Assembly: GCF_006345805.1 (NCBI RefSeq)
Contig: NC_043012.1
Span: 186,001-250,000, forward strand
Direction of reading: 5' to 3'
From: Octopus sinensis
Lineage: Eukaryota
DNA length: 64,000 nt
Positions 11,261 through 25,338 of this stretch are shown here, in pieces; the stretch's first letter is position 1; each line of letters starts with the position of its first letter. The notes beneath the pieces are model-generated. The model was not told the origin of the DNA. It worked only from the letters and a program-made list of their open reading frames with translations, and searched no databases. The position numbers and the translations under genes are program-made.

Positions 11261-13367
11261 TCAAAATCAGAAAGAATTACAGTGTGGAAGTTAAAAAGGC
11301 TTCGGTATGTTTTCCAATGATTAAATTGAGACTTCCATGCTATCATTTCTACACATGGACTCTGATAAAGTCATTTGCCAGGAAACTACAATTCCGTATT
11401 TAAACACTGATATGTTGAATGAGAGAAAGTTCACAGTTAATTGAAAATTATTCAGATAATTGGCGATAGAATATGAAACCCCCGCGGCAAATGTTGGTGA
11501 CTCTGAAAGAAAAAGGGGAGCATTTTAAAAAGAGATTAATAATTAATTTCACAAATTAATCAACATGCTTACGAAAAAATTTCTCACCTCATATGCAAAG
11601 ATTAGATTTCTTTCGAATCATTTAATTAATTTTGTGAAATTAATTCTTAATTTTTTGAAATCATTGGCCTACATTTCAATTAATTATTTATTTATTTACT
11701 GGAAGACGCCCAAAGATTCCCTTTAGATTTGTATAATTATTTCAACTAAGACGGAAACATCAATTGGCTGAGAATTCTTGTGGCGAAAAGCTTTGGAACT
11801 ATACTTTTGACACCATAGGTAATATCAGGAAACATGGCATACATACCGTTATTATAATTGAATCTTTTACCAAAGTTTTTGCTGATTATACAAAATCATG
11901 AAATGGATACTAATCAACAAAAGAGAACGTATTCATTACCTTAAAACAGAAATGTTATTAATTAAATAACATTCGAGAATCATTTTCCATGTTAATACAT
12001 ATTACGGACGTTCACACACACATGCACACTCATGAACTCACCCAATCTCTCTCTCTCTCTCTCTCTCTCTCCTGTTTTTATCGCTCTCTCTTTCTTTCTC
12101 TCTATCTATCTATTTTCTATCTATCTATCTTACGCGCGCACACACACACTACGTAGCACATTGGGCAAGTGTCTTCCACAATAGCCTCGGACCGACAAAA
12201 GCATTGTGAGTGGATTTGGTAGACGGAAACTGAAAGAAGCCTGCGATATACATGACGATAAAAGAAAAGATAAACTAAGTACCAGGTTTTAAAAAACTGG
12301 ATACTGTGGTCGATTTGTTCAACTGAGTCCCACTAGGGGGCGCCCAAGCATGGCTACAGTCCAATGACTGCAGTTCTTTACTCTTAGTTATTATTGTGGT
12401 TCAAATTGGGCAATACCATAGGTTTCTTGTTGAAACTTTTATCAAGAATGGTGAATCTTAAAACGAGGCGTGTCGCACACGGAAAATTCAGAGAACCGTT
12501 AAAGCGCCAGACAAAATATTGTGTGATGTCTCGCCCTGCTTTCTAGGATCTGAATTAAAATAGCACGGAGACCAGCCTAGGCCTTAATGCTTTTGAAGGA
12601 CCATAAAATAAAGTCATGGTCAAGCACGAAAGTCAAAATTATCAACAAAACATTACCTTTTAAGTTCAGACATTGCACCACTCATGGAAACAATAATTTT
12701 ATACTTCCGATTACAAATTGCATTTATTGGTTTCAAATTTTGGCACAAGGCCATCACTTCCAGGAGAGGGAGTAAGTCGATTAGATAGACCCCAGTTTTC
12801 AGTTGGTATTTATTTTATCGACCCCGAAAAGATGACCTTGGCAGAATTTGAACTCAGAACGTAAAATCAGGCAAAATACCTCTAAGGATTCAGCCAACTT
12901 GCCGCCTTACAAATTGCATTTATTAAATGCATATAAGCTGGTCATTTTCTTTGCCTGAAGCACACAGCACTTCGACATTATCACCACAAACAGGAACATA
13001 CGTATTATAATCCAGTTATAAGTGTGAATTTATGTTCTGAATAGAGGGATTATAAGGCTTTGGTTTTCGAATCAGTTCTTTTGTAAGATATTCTGTGTCA
13101 TTGATTTAGAAAGAATAGCCAGCATCTGCAGAGCCGTTGAGCTTTATAAGTCTGTGTGCGCGTTGAAGTGTATTTATGTGTGTGCGTGTGTAGGGGAGTG
13201 TATATGTGTGTATTTTTAACTACTGTTCATAAATTCCGGATGTGCAGGCACGTAAAATGTATGTCAATCTTAAATACGCGCATACACGCAAATACACACA
13301 CACACATAAGATGCAGGTGCAGATGCACACAAATACACAAACGCACATACGCACACACATACATATA

Positions 13368-13414
<47 letters not shown>

Positions 13415-14474
13415 TCATGCATATACCTACTAAAATCAGACAAGTCATTCAGCTTATTAAAAGAATGTCCTGAAATACAGGTTTTACAGGAGAAATTTGG
13501 GAAATATTTTGACCTTAATCTAACAGAATGACCTAGTTGTTATTTAATCCAAAGCTAAATATTAACTCTTTTGCTTTATTTTATCCGCATTTGCCACATT
13601 TTTATGTTGTATATATATATATATATATATATAGTTTTCTTTTTGTTTTTCTTTTCATTTCTCATCCTAACCCGTTTTGTTTTTCATCTTGACATGTAAC
13701 CTAAACGTCATTTGTTAATATCACAATATGCTGAGATAGATGCAGGATCGGTTGATAACTCTTAAAGAAATACCTTTTTTCCAAAAAGAACTAAATATAT
13801 ATATATGTGTTTGTGTGTGTGTGTGTGTGTGTCAGTGTGTGTGCGTGCGTGTGTGTGTATGTATATATATATATATATATATACATACATACAAGTGGGT
13901 AAATGAAAATGTTTAGTTAAATATTCATTTATCTATTAAGTAATATATTACAGCAGGTTGTTTCGTGCAAATATTTCTTAGCCGAGCTTGATGAACTGGC
14001 GAGACTTAGTGGCCTTTTAAGGTGGGGAAGGAAAAAGAATTTTTGTTATTTTTTGAATTGGTCAAGGTTTTTAAGAAAAGCAATACACAATGTTGTCACA
14101 ATTATATTTTCAAATTCGTCTATTTCTGGCTGACTGCTTTTTTTTTTTTTAATATATTTTAAAACTCCAACCCAGAATTTCCTAAAGGAGAAAGAGAGCC
14201 AAGTATAGAAGGAAAACAGCTGTTCTTATAGAATTTTGGAACCTGGAGTGTTTTGCAAGGTCTAACAACAATGTGGTAAAAATGTTTTAGCACTGGTTTG
14301 AGATCATCTTTAACCTATATATAATCAAATTCATATAGAATTCTCAGAGGTGGAATTTAAAAAAAAATACGTAGTTATATTAATCTTTGTTGAGGACATT
14401 TTTTGTGAAGTATAGTTCTGTTATCTTTCGGAACTTTGAATTTTCCTTTACGTTTTTCCAAATGTTTCTATTTT

Positions 14475-15060
14475 TCAAGCATTTAATTTTGGTGCGAACT
14501 TCTTTATGAAGTGTAGCTTCCGTGTTTTTCGGAAGTTTGGGTTATTCCTTGAGCGTTTGTAGAAGGGGAAAATTTTGAATTTTCTTTCTCCACATATTTC
14601 CAAATCTTTGCTAAGTGGAAATTTCCGTGTCTCCTCTTGCCGGATGTGTTGTCTGTGGATTCCTGTGCGTTGGCGTGTAGATAGGAAATTATTGGTTTCG
14701 CCAATATAATTCTCCTTGCATTTGGGACAAGTAATGCAGTATACGAGGTTTTGTTTTTTACAGTTCATATTTGCATTTACTTTGAATATGAATCCACTCT
14801 TAAATTTCATGTGGGGGTTCCTGTCTATATACATCTAGTTATTGTTGTTGTTGCATATTCCACATCTGCTTTACAGAGAATTCTGTTTCCTTCTCTTATG
14901 TGAATATTGCTATTCTAAGTTGCTTTTAAGGTTTTTTTCCTGGCGTTTATATTTCGCAGGTAGCTTTTGTCTATCAGTTTTCTCATTTTGGGACTCTGTA
15001 AGAGTATTGGTACATTTAAGTGTGTAACGTGGAAAATATTGGTTATTCCAGTGTTATATA
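14475..15060 (-). pseudogene. Penelope-like retroelement, C-terminal fragment with GIY-YIG endonuclease
   Basis: ORF 14475-14834 has C..NLVYCITCPKCKENYIGET...HRQHIR...FIKKFAPKLN*, the typical PLE Uri/GIY-YIG domain. Frameshifted upstream linker KRQEKNLK...CGIC. Confidence 0.88.
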
Positions 15061-15077
15061 TTTTAATAAATGGAATA

Positions 15078-15484
15078 GGCGCAGGAGTGGCTGTGTGGTA
15101 AGTAGCTTGCTAACCAACCACATGGTTCTGGGTTCAGTCCCACTGCGTGGCATCTTGGGCAAGTGTCTTCTGCTATAGCCCCGGGCCGACCAATGCCTTG
15201 TGAGTGGATTTGGTAGACGGAAACTGAAAGAAGCCCGTCGTATATATGTATATATGTACGTGTATGTATATGTTTTTGTGTCTGTGTTTGTCCCCCTAGC
15301 ATTGCTTGACAACCGATGCCGGTGTGTTTACATCCCCGTCACTTAGCGGTTCGGCAAAAGAGACTGCTAGAATATGTACCGGGCTTACAAAGAATAAGTG
15401 CCGGGGTCGATTTGCTCGATTAAAAGCGGTGCTCCAGCATGGCCACAGTCAAATGACTGAAACAAGTAAATGAGTAAAGAGTAT
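15078..15484 (+). mobile_element. SINE type A, full length
   Basis: ggcgcaggagtggctgtgtgg through gactgaaacaagtaaatgagtaaagag. Confidence 0.92.
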
Positions 15485-15918
15485 GTTCCTTACATTTTTT
15501 TTCTTTTGGGGTCCTGTGCTTTGTGATGTCTAATTTCATTGCTTTCGAGATTCCAATATTTAAAAGTATCAAAGGGTAATTTTACTCTTGTAAGAAGTTC
15601 TATAGACGAGTCAGAACAATACTGGAGGAGTATTTTTGGTCACGGACAAGTGAATTTTGAAAAAAAGGGATCTTGCAAGTTTACAAAGCCAATGGAAGAA
15701 CATAAAGAAGAGTACATTGTAGATTAAAAAAGAACTTTGTTTATCTTAATTTTGAAAAATGAAAGAAGTATAAAATAACCGCATTATTTATGGGATGACC
15801 CAATATATAGAATAAGCTGGAGTTAACAAGGAGTACGGTTGGGCATTTATTTGTAATCACTACATTTGGGGACGAGATTTAGGCTGCACACCACTACGTT
15901 CTTAACAGAATATAACTA

Positions 15919-16307
15919 CGCAGGAGTGACTGTGTGGTAAGTAGCTTGCTAACCAACCACATGGTTCCGGGTTCAGTCCCACTGCGTGGCATCTTGGGCA
16001 AGTGTCTTCTGCTATAGCCCCGGGCCGACCAATGCCTTGTGAGTGGATTTGGTAGACGGAAACTGAAAGAAGCCTATCGTATATATGTATATATATATAT
16101 GTATGTGTGTGTTTGTCCCCCTAGCATTGCTTGACAACCGATGATGGTGTGTTTACGTCCCCGTCACTTAGCGTTTCGGCAAAAGAGACCGATAGAATAA
16201 GTACTGGGCTTACAAAGAATAAGTTATGGGGTCTATTTGCTCGACTAAAGGCGGTGCTCCAGCATGGCCGCAGTCAAATGACTGAAACAAGTAAAAGAGT
16301 AAAGAGT
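15919..16307 (+). mobile_element. SINE type A, full length
   Basis: Matches type A throughout. Confidence 0.92.
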
Positions 16308-16322
16308 ATATGTGTGTGTGTG

Positions 16323-16404
<82 letters not shown>

Positions 16405-16405
<1 letters not shown>

Positions 16406-16680
16406 CTGGCACTCCGTCGGTTATGACAACAAGGTTTCAGCCTGCTTGTAAAATTAACATGCAGTTGGCTGATCGCTCCACAGACAGTTGTACTCTTAGC
16501 GTATTTCACACGGAGATCCAGCGTGGCACAGAATGTGACAAGGGTTGCCTTTTGCAATACATGCATTCGACGGATGAGAGGACTAGAGCAATGTGAAATA
16601 AAGTGTGTTGCTAATGAACATAACACTTTTACAGGTAATCGAACTCAAGACCTTCCGATTGTGAACTAAATACAATGACC
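16405..16680 (-). mobile_element. Diverged SINE with type D-like body and type C tail
   Basis: Minus strand gttatgttcattagcaacacactttatttcacattgctctag (D-like), then ccttgtcacattctgtgccacgctg...taaccgacggagtgc (C tail). Confidence 0.6.
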
Positions 16681-16690
16681 TCAAAGCTAC

Positions 16691-16736
<46 letters not shown>

Positions 16737-17551
16737 CATGTATAAATATACACACATAAATATATATTTATATATATACAAATATACACAAAACACACAC
16801 ACACACACACAACCAAGTACATGCAAGTGCATACGCAAACACACACACACATATATAATATGTATCATAAATGAAAAGAAAATGCATTGTAAATAAACAG
16901 ATAAAATAAAACGCATACGTATACTGTCGTTGTTTATTTACAATGATTTTTTTCCATTTATTTAGTAACAGTACGCAACGCACCCCGACTTTTATGTCTA
17001 TTCACATACCTGTGGTCGGCCCTAGGCTATAGTAGAAGACACTATTTTGTGGAACTGAACTGGGGGCTATGTGACTGGAAAATAAATTTCTCGCCAGACT
17101 GCCACACATGTATGCATATATAGTCACGTCTACATTTGTTGAGATAAAAATCAAACATAAAAAGAGAAACGTGAAAGATTGAAGCCAAAAATAACCACGA
17201 ACATCAACAATAAAATATTGCTGACGTCATCCACATAATTTGTTGGTGAACAAACCGTCTTGCATAAAACTGAACAAAAATCTCATAATTTCTGGACAAA
17301 ATATTCGAATAGAATGTTCCACTACACAGAAAACGACTAACAGATAAATTATCTATCTTACTCAAACGGAAGTTGCTACGTGTTATAGGGATCTGTAGAG
17401 GTTATGGACAGACGAGGATATTTTGTAGGGAATAATTGGCATATACGTACGAAAGAGCAAGTTTATGTGATTAAGAAGGTCATTTAGTAACAATAGCACT
17501 ATATTAATACTTCCAGACATATATAGATTACATTGGTTCCAGTATATATAT

Positions 17552-17770
17552 ATTTGGTTTGCAAGATTCTTTATATGAGTTCGTGTGTTGAAGCATATTC
17601 TCTTGTGTCTGGGGAGAGTCATTCTTTTTTAGTGCCTTATTATTTAACACACTCACCGGTAAAATTTCCACTTTTTTTTTAAATAAGAAATAAGTGGAAA
17701 TTTTACCGGTGATTGTGTTAAATAATAAGGCACTAAAAGAAAATGACTCTCCCCAGGCACAACAGAATAT
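17552..17770. mobile_element. Foldback element (hairpin 17595-17770 plus short tail)
   Basis: Arms of ~80 bp (gagagtcatt...gtgccttattatttaacac...ccggtaaaatttccactt and its reverse complement). One arm recurs at 63559-63618. Confidence 0.7.
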
Positions 17771-17789
17771 ATATATGAGCGTCGACACA

Positions 17790-18197
17790 CAATTCAGCGG
17801 CGATTTGAAGCGTTCGAGAGAGGACTTTCGGCGAAAGGGTCCGGATCTCTGGAAGAGGAAGAATTGAATTCTTCACCGACCTCTCCTCACTCGTGAGTTT
17901 CTCGCCAAAACCCACATCATAAGCTTCTGCACCTATTCGAAAGATTTAGTACCTGCGGACTTTCATCCATTGCAGCTCAAAGGTCACCGATTTAACACCG
18001 TCATCGAGATCAAGAGAGGATCGCAGAAGGTCTTCGATTCGCTTAGGTCAAACGACTTCCAGGCCGGGTTCCCAGGAACACCGGGACTGATATATGGCTG
18101 TGCAAGGTGACTATTACAAAGATGATAGTAAAACTTTGGTAAATAAGTTATTTTTTATTAAACGTACCTTATCCGGAAACCTTTTGATACCACCTTG
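17790..18197 (+). pseudogene. Mariner transposase C-terminal remnant with 3' TIR
   Basis: Broken translation RRKGPDLWKRKN*ILH...REFLAK...YSKDLVPADF...QLKGHRF...QGDYY, i.e. a YSPDLAP-like motif. Ends ccggaaaccttttgataccaccttgt. Confidence 0.75.
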
Positions 18198-18837
18198 TGT
18201 ATATACCTATACACATATGTACTTGTATGTTTGTATATATGTGTAAGTGTGTTTGTGTGTGTATGTGTGTCTGTGTGTGTGTGTGTGTGGTGTGTGTGTG
18301 TGTGTGTAGGTGCGTGTGTGTGTGTATGTGTGTTTGTTTCTTGAACACTCGAACATGTATTGTGACATTTTGGGTCGATTAGGTGGGAGGAGATTTAGTT
18401 CACAACAATAACGAGCTACTGTACTATATTGGTCATTTAACACTACAGACCATCCTCTTTTGCTTGCAATAGTGGCCGTCTATTCTCTCACACAAATACA
18501 AACACATACACACGCACACACCACATATACGTGGTTCTATGTCAATGTACGTGGATTTGTGTATGTATGTGGATGTATATATAGTTGTTGGGCGTCATTT
18601 GTATATTATGATATTTATCTGGGTAGTTATTTTTGTTTTTTTTTGTTATTATATGTTTGTTTTCCCTTTATTCTTTTACCTTTGTGAAGGCAAAACATTG
18701 AAATGATGGGTCAACACGTTTGAAAATGAACGTGATATGTTATTGACCCTACGTTGAACTTTTTTGGTTGTTGATGCATTTTTTCATTGTTTCTTTAACA
18801 TACATACATACATATATACATACATGCATATACATTT

Positions 18838-18869
<32 letters not shown>

Positions 18870-18894
18870 GATTATACATACATATATATATAAG

Positions 18895-18940
<46 letters not shown>

Positions 18941-19488
18941 CTTATGTCTGTGTGTGTATAATTGAAAAACACACCTACAACCTCTATATAACATACATAA
19001 ATACATTTAGGTATATATATATATATATATATCAACAGATATACATACATATATATATATATGTATGTATGTGTGTGTGTGTGTGTGTGTGTATGTTTGT
19101 TTTTATATATGTATGTATGTATGTATGCATGTATGCATGTATGTATGACCATAGGTTGTTTTACTATGGAATCCTTGTACTTAACATATATATGTATATA
19201 CGTGTATGTATGTACGTATGTACATATATATATATATATTTATATACATATAAAATCATGCATATTTGTATGTGTGTATGTATATATATATATACATACA
19301 TACATACATACATACACACATACATACAAACATACATACACACATACATACATACATACAAACATACATACATACATACATACATACATACAAACATACA
19401 TACAAACATACATATATACATACATACATACATATATACATACATACATACATACATATATACATACATACATACATACATACATACA

Positions 19489-19524
<36 letters not shown>

Positions 19525-19979
19525 CATATATACATACACACACACACAAACACACGTCGTCTTGAAAATTTCATGTGTCCTATTTACATTTCTCCCTATT
19601 TCCTTCTTTTGTGTTTGCGTTTCGCTGAAATTTTCTTTTCTCCTTTTGTTTACAAACTACCCAGTTGTCGAAAGCATTGTCATCAAGGTGAAATAGAATA
19701 TAATACAACAGGCAAAAACACACCACAACCACCACCACCACCACACTAAAATTAACGCTACCTACCACCAACAGACAGGAACAATACACTAAGAAGTACG
19801 CATTAACAGTTCAAAAGTGAAATATATTAGTTGCTGTAAAGATGAAGCCGAGTGTAACGTTTCAAGCGGAACTTTTCGGAGGTGAGATGTTTTTTTTTCC
19901 TTTGTTAAATCTTTTTGTTTATGTTGGTGTTTCTATATTCAACCACCTACCTATCCATGCATACATACATATGTGTGTG

Positions 19980-20028
<49 letters not shown>

Positions 20029-20071
20029 ATATATAGTATGTGTGTGTGTGTGTGTGTGTTTAAGGCCGCTT

Positions 20072-20228
20072 TGTTATGGCTGGTCAGAGAGTGATCATTG
20101 GATTTGCACCTATAAAGCGCTCAGGTATATAAGCGACTCATCAGCTTCAAATGGCCGGAGGCACATGACCTCTCTACAAGATATTTATAGATGCTAAAAC
20201 AATGGTCAGATTCTGACCGGCCATAACA
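20072..20228. repeat. Imperfect inverted repeat, ~45 bp arms
   Basis: tgttatggctggtcagagagtgatcattg...ctataaa versus tttatag...caatggtcagattctgaccggccataaca. Confidence 0.75.
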
Positions 20229-20305
20229 TATAAAAAATATATTACTGCTGTAATATATTTAGAGTATACTTTTTCATTGGCTATATGAATGCTGATTATA
20301 CATAT

Positions 20306-20370
<65 letters not shown>

Positions 20371-21139
20371 AATAGGGTTAATTTCTAGCCATAGTACGAC
20401 TCTACGGTACAATAATAATGCATATATTTATGTATATACGTTTGTATGTATTAATGTTTGCTTTTATTTCCGATTATAATAAAAAAAAAATTACATTAAT
20501 CTTATAGTTTCTGTCTATTAAATCCACTCACAAGGCTTTGGTCGGCCCAAGACTCTAGTAGAAGACACTTGCCGAAGGTGCCACGCAGTGGGACTGAACC
20601 CGGAACCATGTGTTTCGTAAGCAAGATGCTTACCACACAGCGACTCCTACGACATTGTGATCTCAGCTAAATGTACCGAAGAGCCATGTGATGTTATTAA
20701 AGTGTATAAAGACAAAAATTCAGGTTAACAAGCGCTCTAGATGTACTCTTTGAAAAGCGTGACATTGCCAAGAGTACCCATGCAGCGATATTTAAATGTA
20801 CGTCCCATACATTCTCACATACATACGCATATACTTATACTAATGAGCTTATATATTCTCTATTAAGCTAATGTTAATGTGCCAATAAGGGATCCCCTTT
20901 GTGCTTCGCTATACCCCCAAACTAATCTTCAACCTATTACAAGGTTATCTAGTCAATTCATTGCTTCCACGCGAGAGCACCCCATTGAAGGGTTTTAATC
21001 GAAGAAATAGAACCTAGGAGTTACTTTTTTGAAACCTAGTACTTAGTCTATCGGTCTCTTTGTTACGTGAACGTAAACACACCAACAAGTGGTATTGAGG
21101 GAACAAACACTGAAACACAGATTTATATATGTATGTATA

Positions 21140-21691
21140 TACGAGGGTGAGTGAAAAAGTAATTCCATTTTGTTTAGGACAGGTACAATTACCAACACAG
21201 GAACATGTATCATGCATCAAAATTAAGCTGGTCGTCTGTGGATCACATCCCTACTTCTCAACATAATCACCGTTTCTCTCAATAGTAATGTTCCACTCTC
21301 GAATCAGAGCATGTATCCCTGCCCCGTAAAATTCTGTTGACTGTTCTTTGAGCCATTTCTTCACTACAGTTTTCACTTCCTCGTCACTGGACTATCATCG
21401 TCACTGGAGTATCATCTCTTCAGCCCCATGAGAGCGTTTGAGAGTCAAACATTATTCCAGTGACGAGGAAGTGAAAACTAGTGAAGAAGTGGCACAAAGA
21501 ACAGTCAACAGAATTTTACAGAGTAGGAATACATGTTCTCATTACTATTGAGAGAAACGGTGACTACCTGGAGGAGTAGAGATGTGATCCACAGAGGACC
21601 AGCTTCATTTTGATGTATGATACATGATCCTGTGTTGGTATTTATATCTGTCCTAAACAAAATCACATTACTTTTTCCACTCACTCTCGTA
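21140..21691. mobile_element. Mariner-derived 3'-3' foldback MITE
   Basis: TA-flanked TIRs tacgagggtgagtgaaaaagtaat / attactttttccactcactctcgta. Arms of ~240 bp encode a decayed mariner C-terminus (HYSSDEEVKT..KKW.KEQSTEFY...IERNGDY). Confidence 0.85.
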
Positions 21692-21738
21692 TATATATAC
21701 ATATATAACATATATATATATATATATCTATATATATA

Positions 21739-21814
<76 letters not shown>

Positions 21815-21821
21815 GAATACA

Positions 21822-22660
21822 TACGGGTTTGATCCAGACGGCAACAAAGCTAAACCACGTAAAGTAAAGCCACTTGGCAGAGATTGACCTTGACTATTGC
21901 TCTGCATGCACACTAAGTTCTACCGTACAAACTCACTTCTGTTGTTTACACCAGTCCTTGGAATTAACGTCTGTAACTTGCGATCCTCTCATTGACCATG
22001 GTACAAAATATTGTCATGGCGTTACCCGGCGTTACCTCAGAGGCCCACGCAAAGTTACAGAACGTGTTTGGAGAGGAGCGTATGAATCGCACAAAAGTGT
22101 ACTAGTGGTTCGTACGTTTTCAAGGTGGCCGAAAAATTATCGATAGTGACGAAGGTTCTGGGAGACCCGCAAACCAGCAGATATGCGAGCAGCTGTGAAG
22201 GGATATAGTTGAATCACCATCTGTAAGTTATCAGAGGATGTGCAAATTAGTTAAGGTTCAGTTCAGCCCATTATCATTGAAGATTTGTGTATCTGATGCT
22301 TGTCTGCCAAGTTTGAACCAAAACTGCTTTCAACTGATCTAAAAGACACGCGAGTTTCAATTGCATAAGATCTCCTTGATTGTGTCGAAAACGTTGAAAA
22401 CTTTGTGGAAACTTTGCGTAGGCCTCTTAGCAGGTAGCGCCAAGCTTTTGGCAAACTTTAATACATTTTATTACGTCATGGTCAATGCGACGATCACACG
22501 TTACACACATTAGTTCCAAGCACTGCAGTAAACAGTGGAAGTGAGTAGAGCGTTAACACTTAGTTTGCGTGCACAGCAAAGCTCAATATTAATTTTCACT
22601 CAGCGTGCTTTAGCTTGCTTATTAAGTCAACAGCCCGGATACTTATTGATCAGACCACGT
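21822..22660. mobile_element. Mariner-derived 5'-5' foldback element
   Basis: The left part encodes a decayed HTH N-terminus (AKLQNVFGEE...WFVRFQGGR). The right ~250 bp is an inverted copy of the 5' end ending in a TIR (ccggatacttattgatcagaccacgt). Homologous to 54250-54975. Confidence 0.8.
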
Positions 22661-23324
22661 GCATATATATATATATATTCTATAAGAAAAATTATTTTAT
22701 TTATTTTTTAAAGATTGACTATAATTTTAAACTGCATTCATTTCAATTAAATCTAAATTTAATTGTAATTCGAATTTAATTATAGTCATGAAACGTACGT
22801 AGTTCTTTTTACTTGTTATATATTGATTATTCCTTTTTATACTTTTTGTGATCTAGTTATATATTTTATTTGTTATTTATGTTTTGGTTTATGTCTATCA
22901 TTGTTTGAATTGCATAATAGTGGTTTTAACTCTAATTTATACATGCATGCATATATATATATATATATATATATGTAAGATTCAGTTGAATTAGTTACTT
23001 AAATTGTGACAAGTCGTTAGGTCGTAATAATATACATTATTATGTAAATATCAAACTTGGTGGATAAGTACCGGTCTAATGATATTCTTGCAGTGTATGT
23101 AGACAATTAGCTCCAGGTGAGTGAAGTTCATCACTTCATCTGACGAAAACGGTTTCTTTACAATGACGTAATATTTTCACTAATCAATTAAAGGAGTCGT
23201 TAGTAATGGCCGTAATGGGTTAACGCAAGTACATCTACTGTTACTAATTTATAATAGTATGTATATTATATATATATATATACCCACATGTATATACACA
23301 CATGTTATATATATAATACACACA

Positions 23325-23369
<45 letters not shown>

Positions 23370-23662
23370 GATATATATATATATATATATTATAATATTA
23401 TATATATATTCATATATACATACATACAATTTATTCCAAGCAGTCGATCCAACAATTCCTCCGTTATGAGGATCCTTTCTCTCTTCACTTCACAATACTT
23501 GGAGGCGCTGTAAAGTGTCAGTGTCGCAGACACTCTTCTTTAGAGAGGTGATTACATATGCGCATCAACACATCTACTCATCTACATACAAATATTTATG
23601 CAAACAGGCTGCCTACGAACGTATTCATGCACACATGTACACAAACATACAAGCTAGTAGAA

Positions 23663-23741
<79 letters not shown>

Positions 23742-23914
23742 GTTTTGTTATATTCTGTTAAGAACGTAGTAGAGTACAGAATAAAGCTCGTCCACATTCA
23801 TATTCCACCTGGTGCTATCCAGTACTCGCATTATAAGTACTTTCATAATGCAGGGAATTTCATACAAATAAAGTTCTAAACGTATTCCTTCTTGTTGTCG
23901 CCGCTTTATTCAAT

Positions 23915-23947
<33 letters not shown>

Positions 23948-24378
23948 TTATGTATGTATAAAAAATATATATAAAAATACAAAAGAACGCAAAACATTCA
24001 AATAGATGACACAAAAAAACGGACGGGTCATTCGAAGCCTCTAATCTTCAGTCAAGAACCGGATCATCCTCGCAATTTCGGCTGATTAATATAGAATATA
24101 TATATACTAGGACTCCTACAAAATGAACCGATAATTTCATTTGTTGTATCTTCCACTATTTTCCCAATCTATTATCTTTACTTCGTTTCTTAAGAGTGGC
24201 TATAGTAAAGGCTATTGTATGGTAGGCGTCATTGAGAAGTTTGTGGGCGCAGTGCATTTTGCAGGATAAATCCTCATCAAATTGTTGAAGTGACTCTTGA
24301 AGAGGAAATTGAGGTGAGAGTGAGGTGCTGTATGCGAAAACGTGTTCTAGTGAGAAAGTGTATATATGAGAGAAAGAT

Positions 24379-24761
24379 GGAGGCGCAATGGCCCAGTGGT
24401 TAGGGCAGCGGACTCGCGGTCGTAGGATCGCGGTTTCGATTACCAGACCGGGCGTTGTGAGTGTTTATTGAGCGAAAACACCTAAAGCTCCACGAGGCTC
24501 CGGCAGGGGATGGTGGCGATCCCTGCTGTACTCTTTCACCACAACTTTCTCTCACTCTTACTTCCTGTTTCTGTTGTACCTGTATTTCAAAGGGCCGGCC
24601 TTGTCACTCTCTGTGTCACGCTGAATATCCCCGAGAACTACGTTAAGGGTGCACGTGTCTGTGGAGTGCTCAGCCACTTACACGTTAATTTCACGAGCAG
24701 GCTGTTCCGTTGATCGGATCAACCGGAACCCTCGTCGTCGTAACCGACGGAGTGCTTCCAC
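24379..24761 (+). mobile_element. tRNA-derived SINE type C, full length, 13 bp TSD
   Basis: A box tggcccagtgg and B box ggtttcgattacc; TSD atatgagagaaag at 24364-24376 and 24762-24774. Confidence 0.95.
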
Positions 24762-25196
24762 ATATGAGAGAAAGGTATGGCTCTCCAGTGAAATTTATGA
24801 AAGATGAGTGAACGTATAAGATTGGTGTTGCTATATAAACCTACATTAACTATGAAGAGGAAGTCTAGAGGCAAAACCTGGGAGAATAAATTTGCCTTCG
24901 GCTCATTACAGTAATCGGGCATTGTATGAAGGTTGCTCCGAATTAACCTGAGTGGTTGCCTCGCCCACCATTTTGGGATATCCTTAAGTGTTACTTTCAT
25001 CCATTGTCATTTCTTATTCATTTCTTAATTAGTTTATTAAAGTGTCTATTGTTATTCCTCATCACACCAGTTTAATCCAGGTAAACACCCCCACCACTAT
25101 TTTTACCTGTAGTTTTTTTATTTCTTCTTAGCGCAGTCCCCATCGTGTTGGGCTCTTGTGGCCCAAAAAGCAAACATTATTATTATTACTACTATT

Positions 25197-25265
<69 letters not shown>

Positions 25266-25306
25266 TATTATTATTATTATTATTGTTATTATTATTATTA
25301 TTATTA

Positions 25307-25338
<32 letters not shown>

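Noticed and set aside
11535-11652. AT-rich imperfect palindrome
   Set aside because: Low complexity with many mismatches; probably an old MITE or chance.
18868-19749. Long ORFs (293, 261, 233, 214 aa and similar) in the ORF track
   Set aside because: They are translations of stop-poor microsatellites (YI, HT, CV, poly-I/Y/L) and have no protein character.
24379-24455. tRNA genes at SINE heads
   Set aside because: A and B boxes are present but there is no complete cloverleaf, and they continue into SINE bodies with TSDs.
24775-25000. Possible Penelope RT remnant (LPLDFLFIVNVGLYSN)
   Set aside because: The resemblance to the DV.SLY.N motif is too weak without an alignment.
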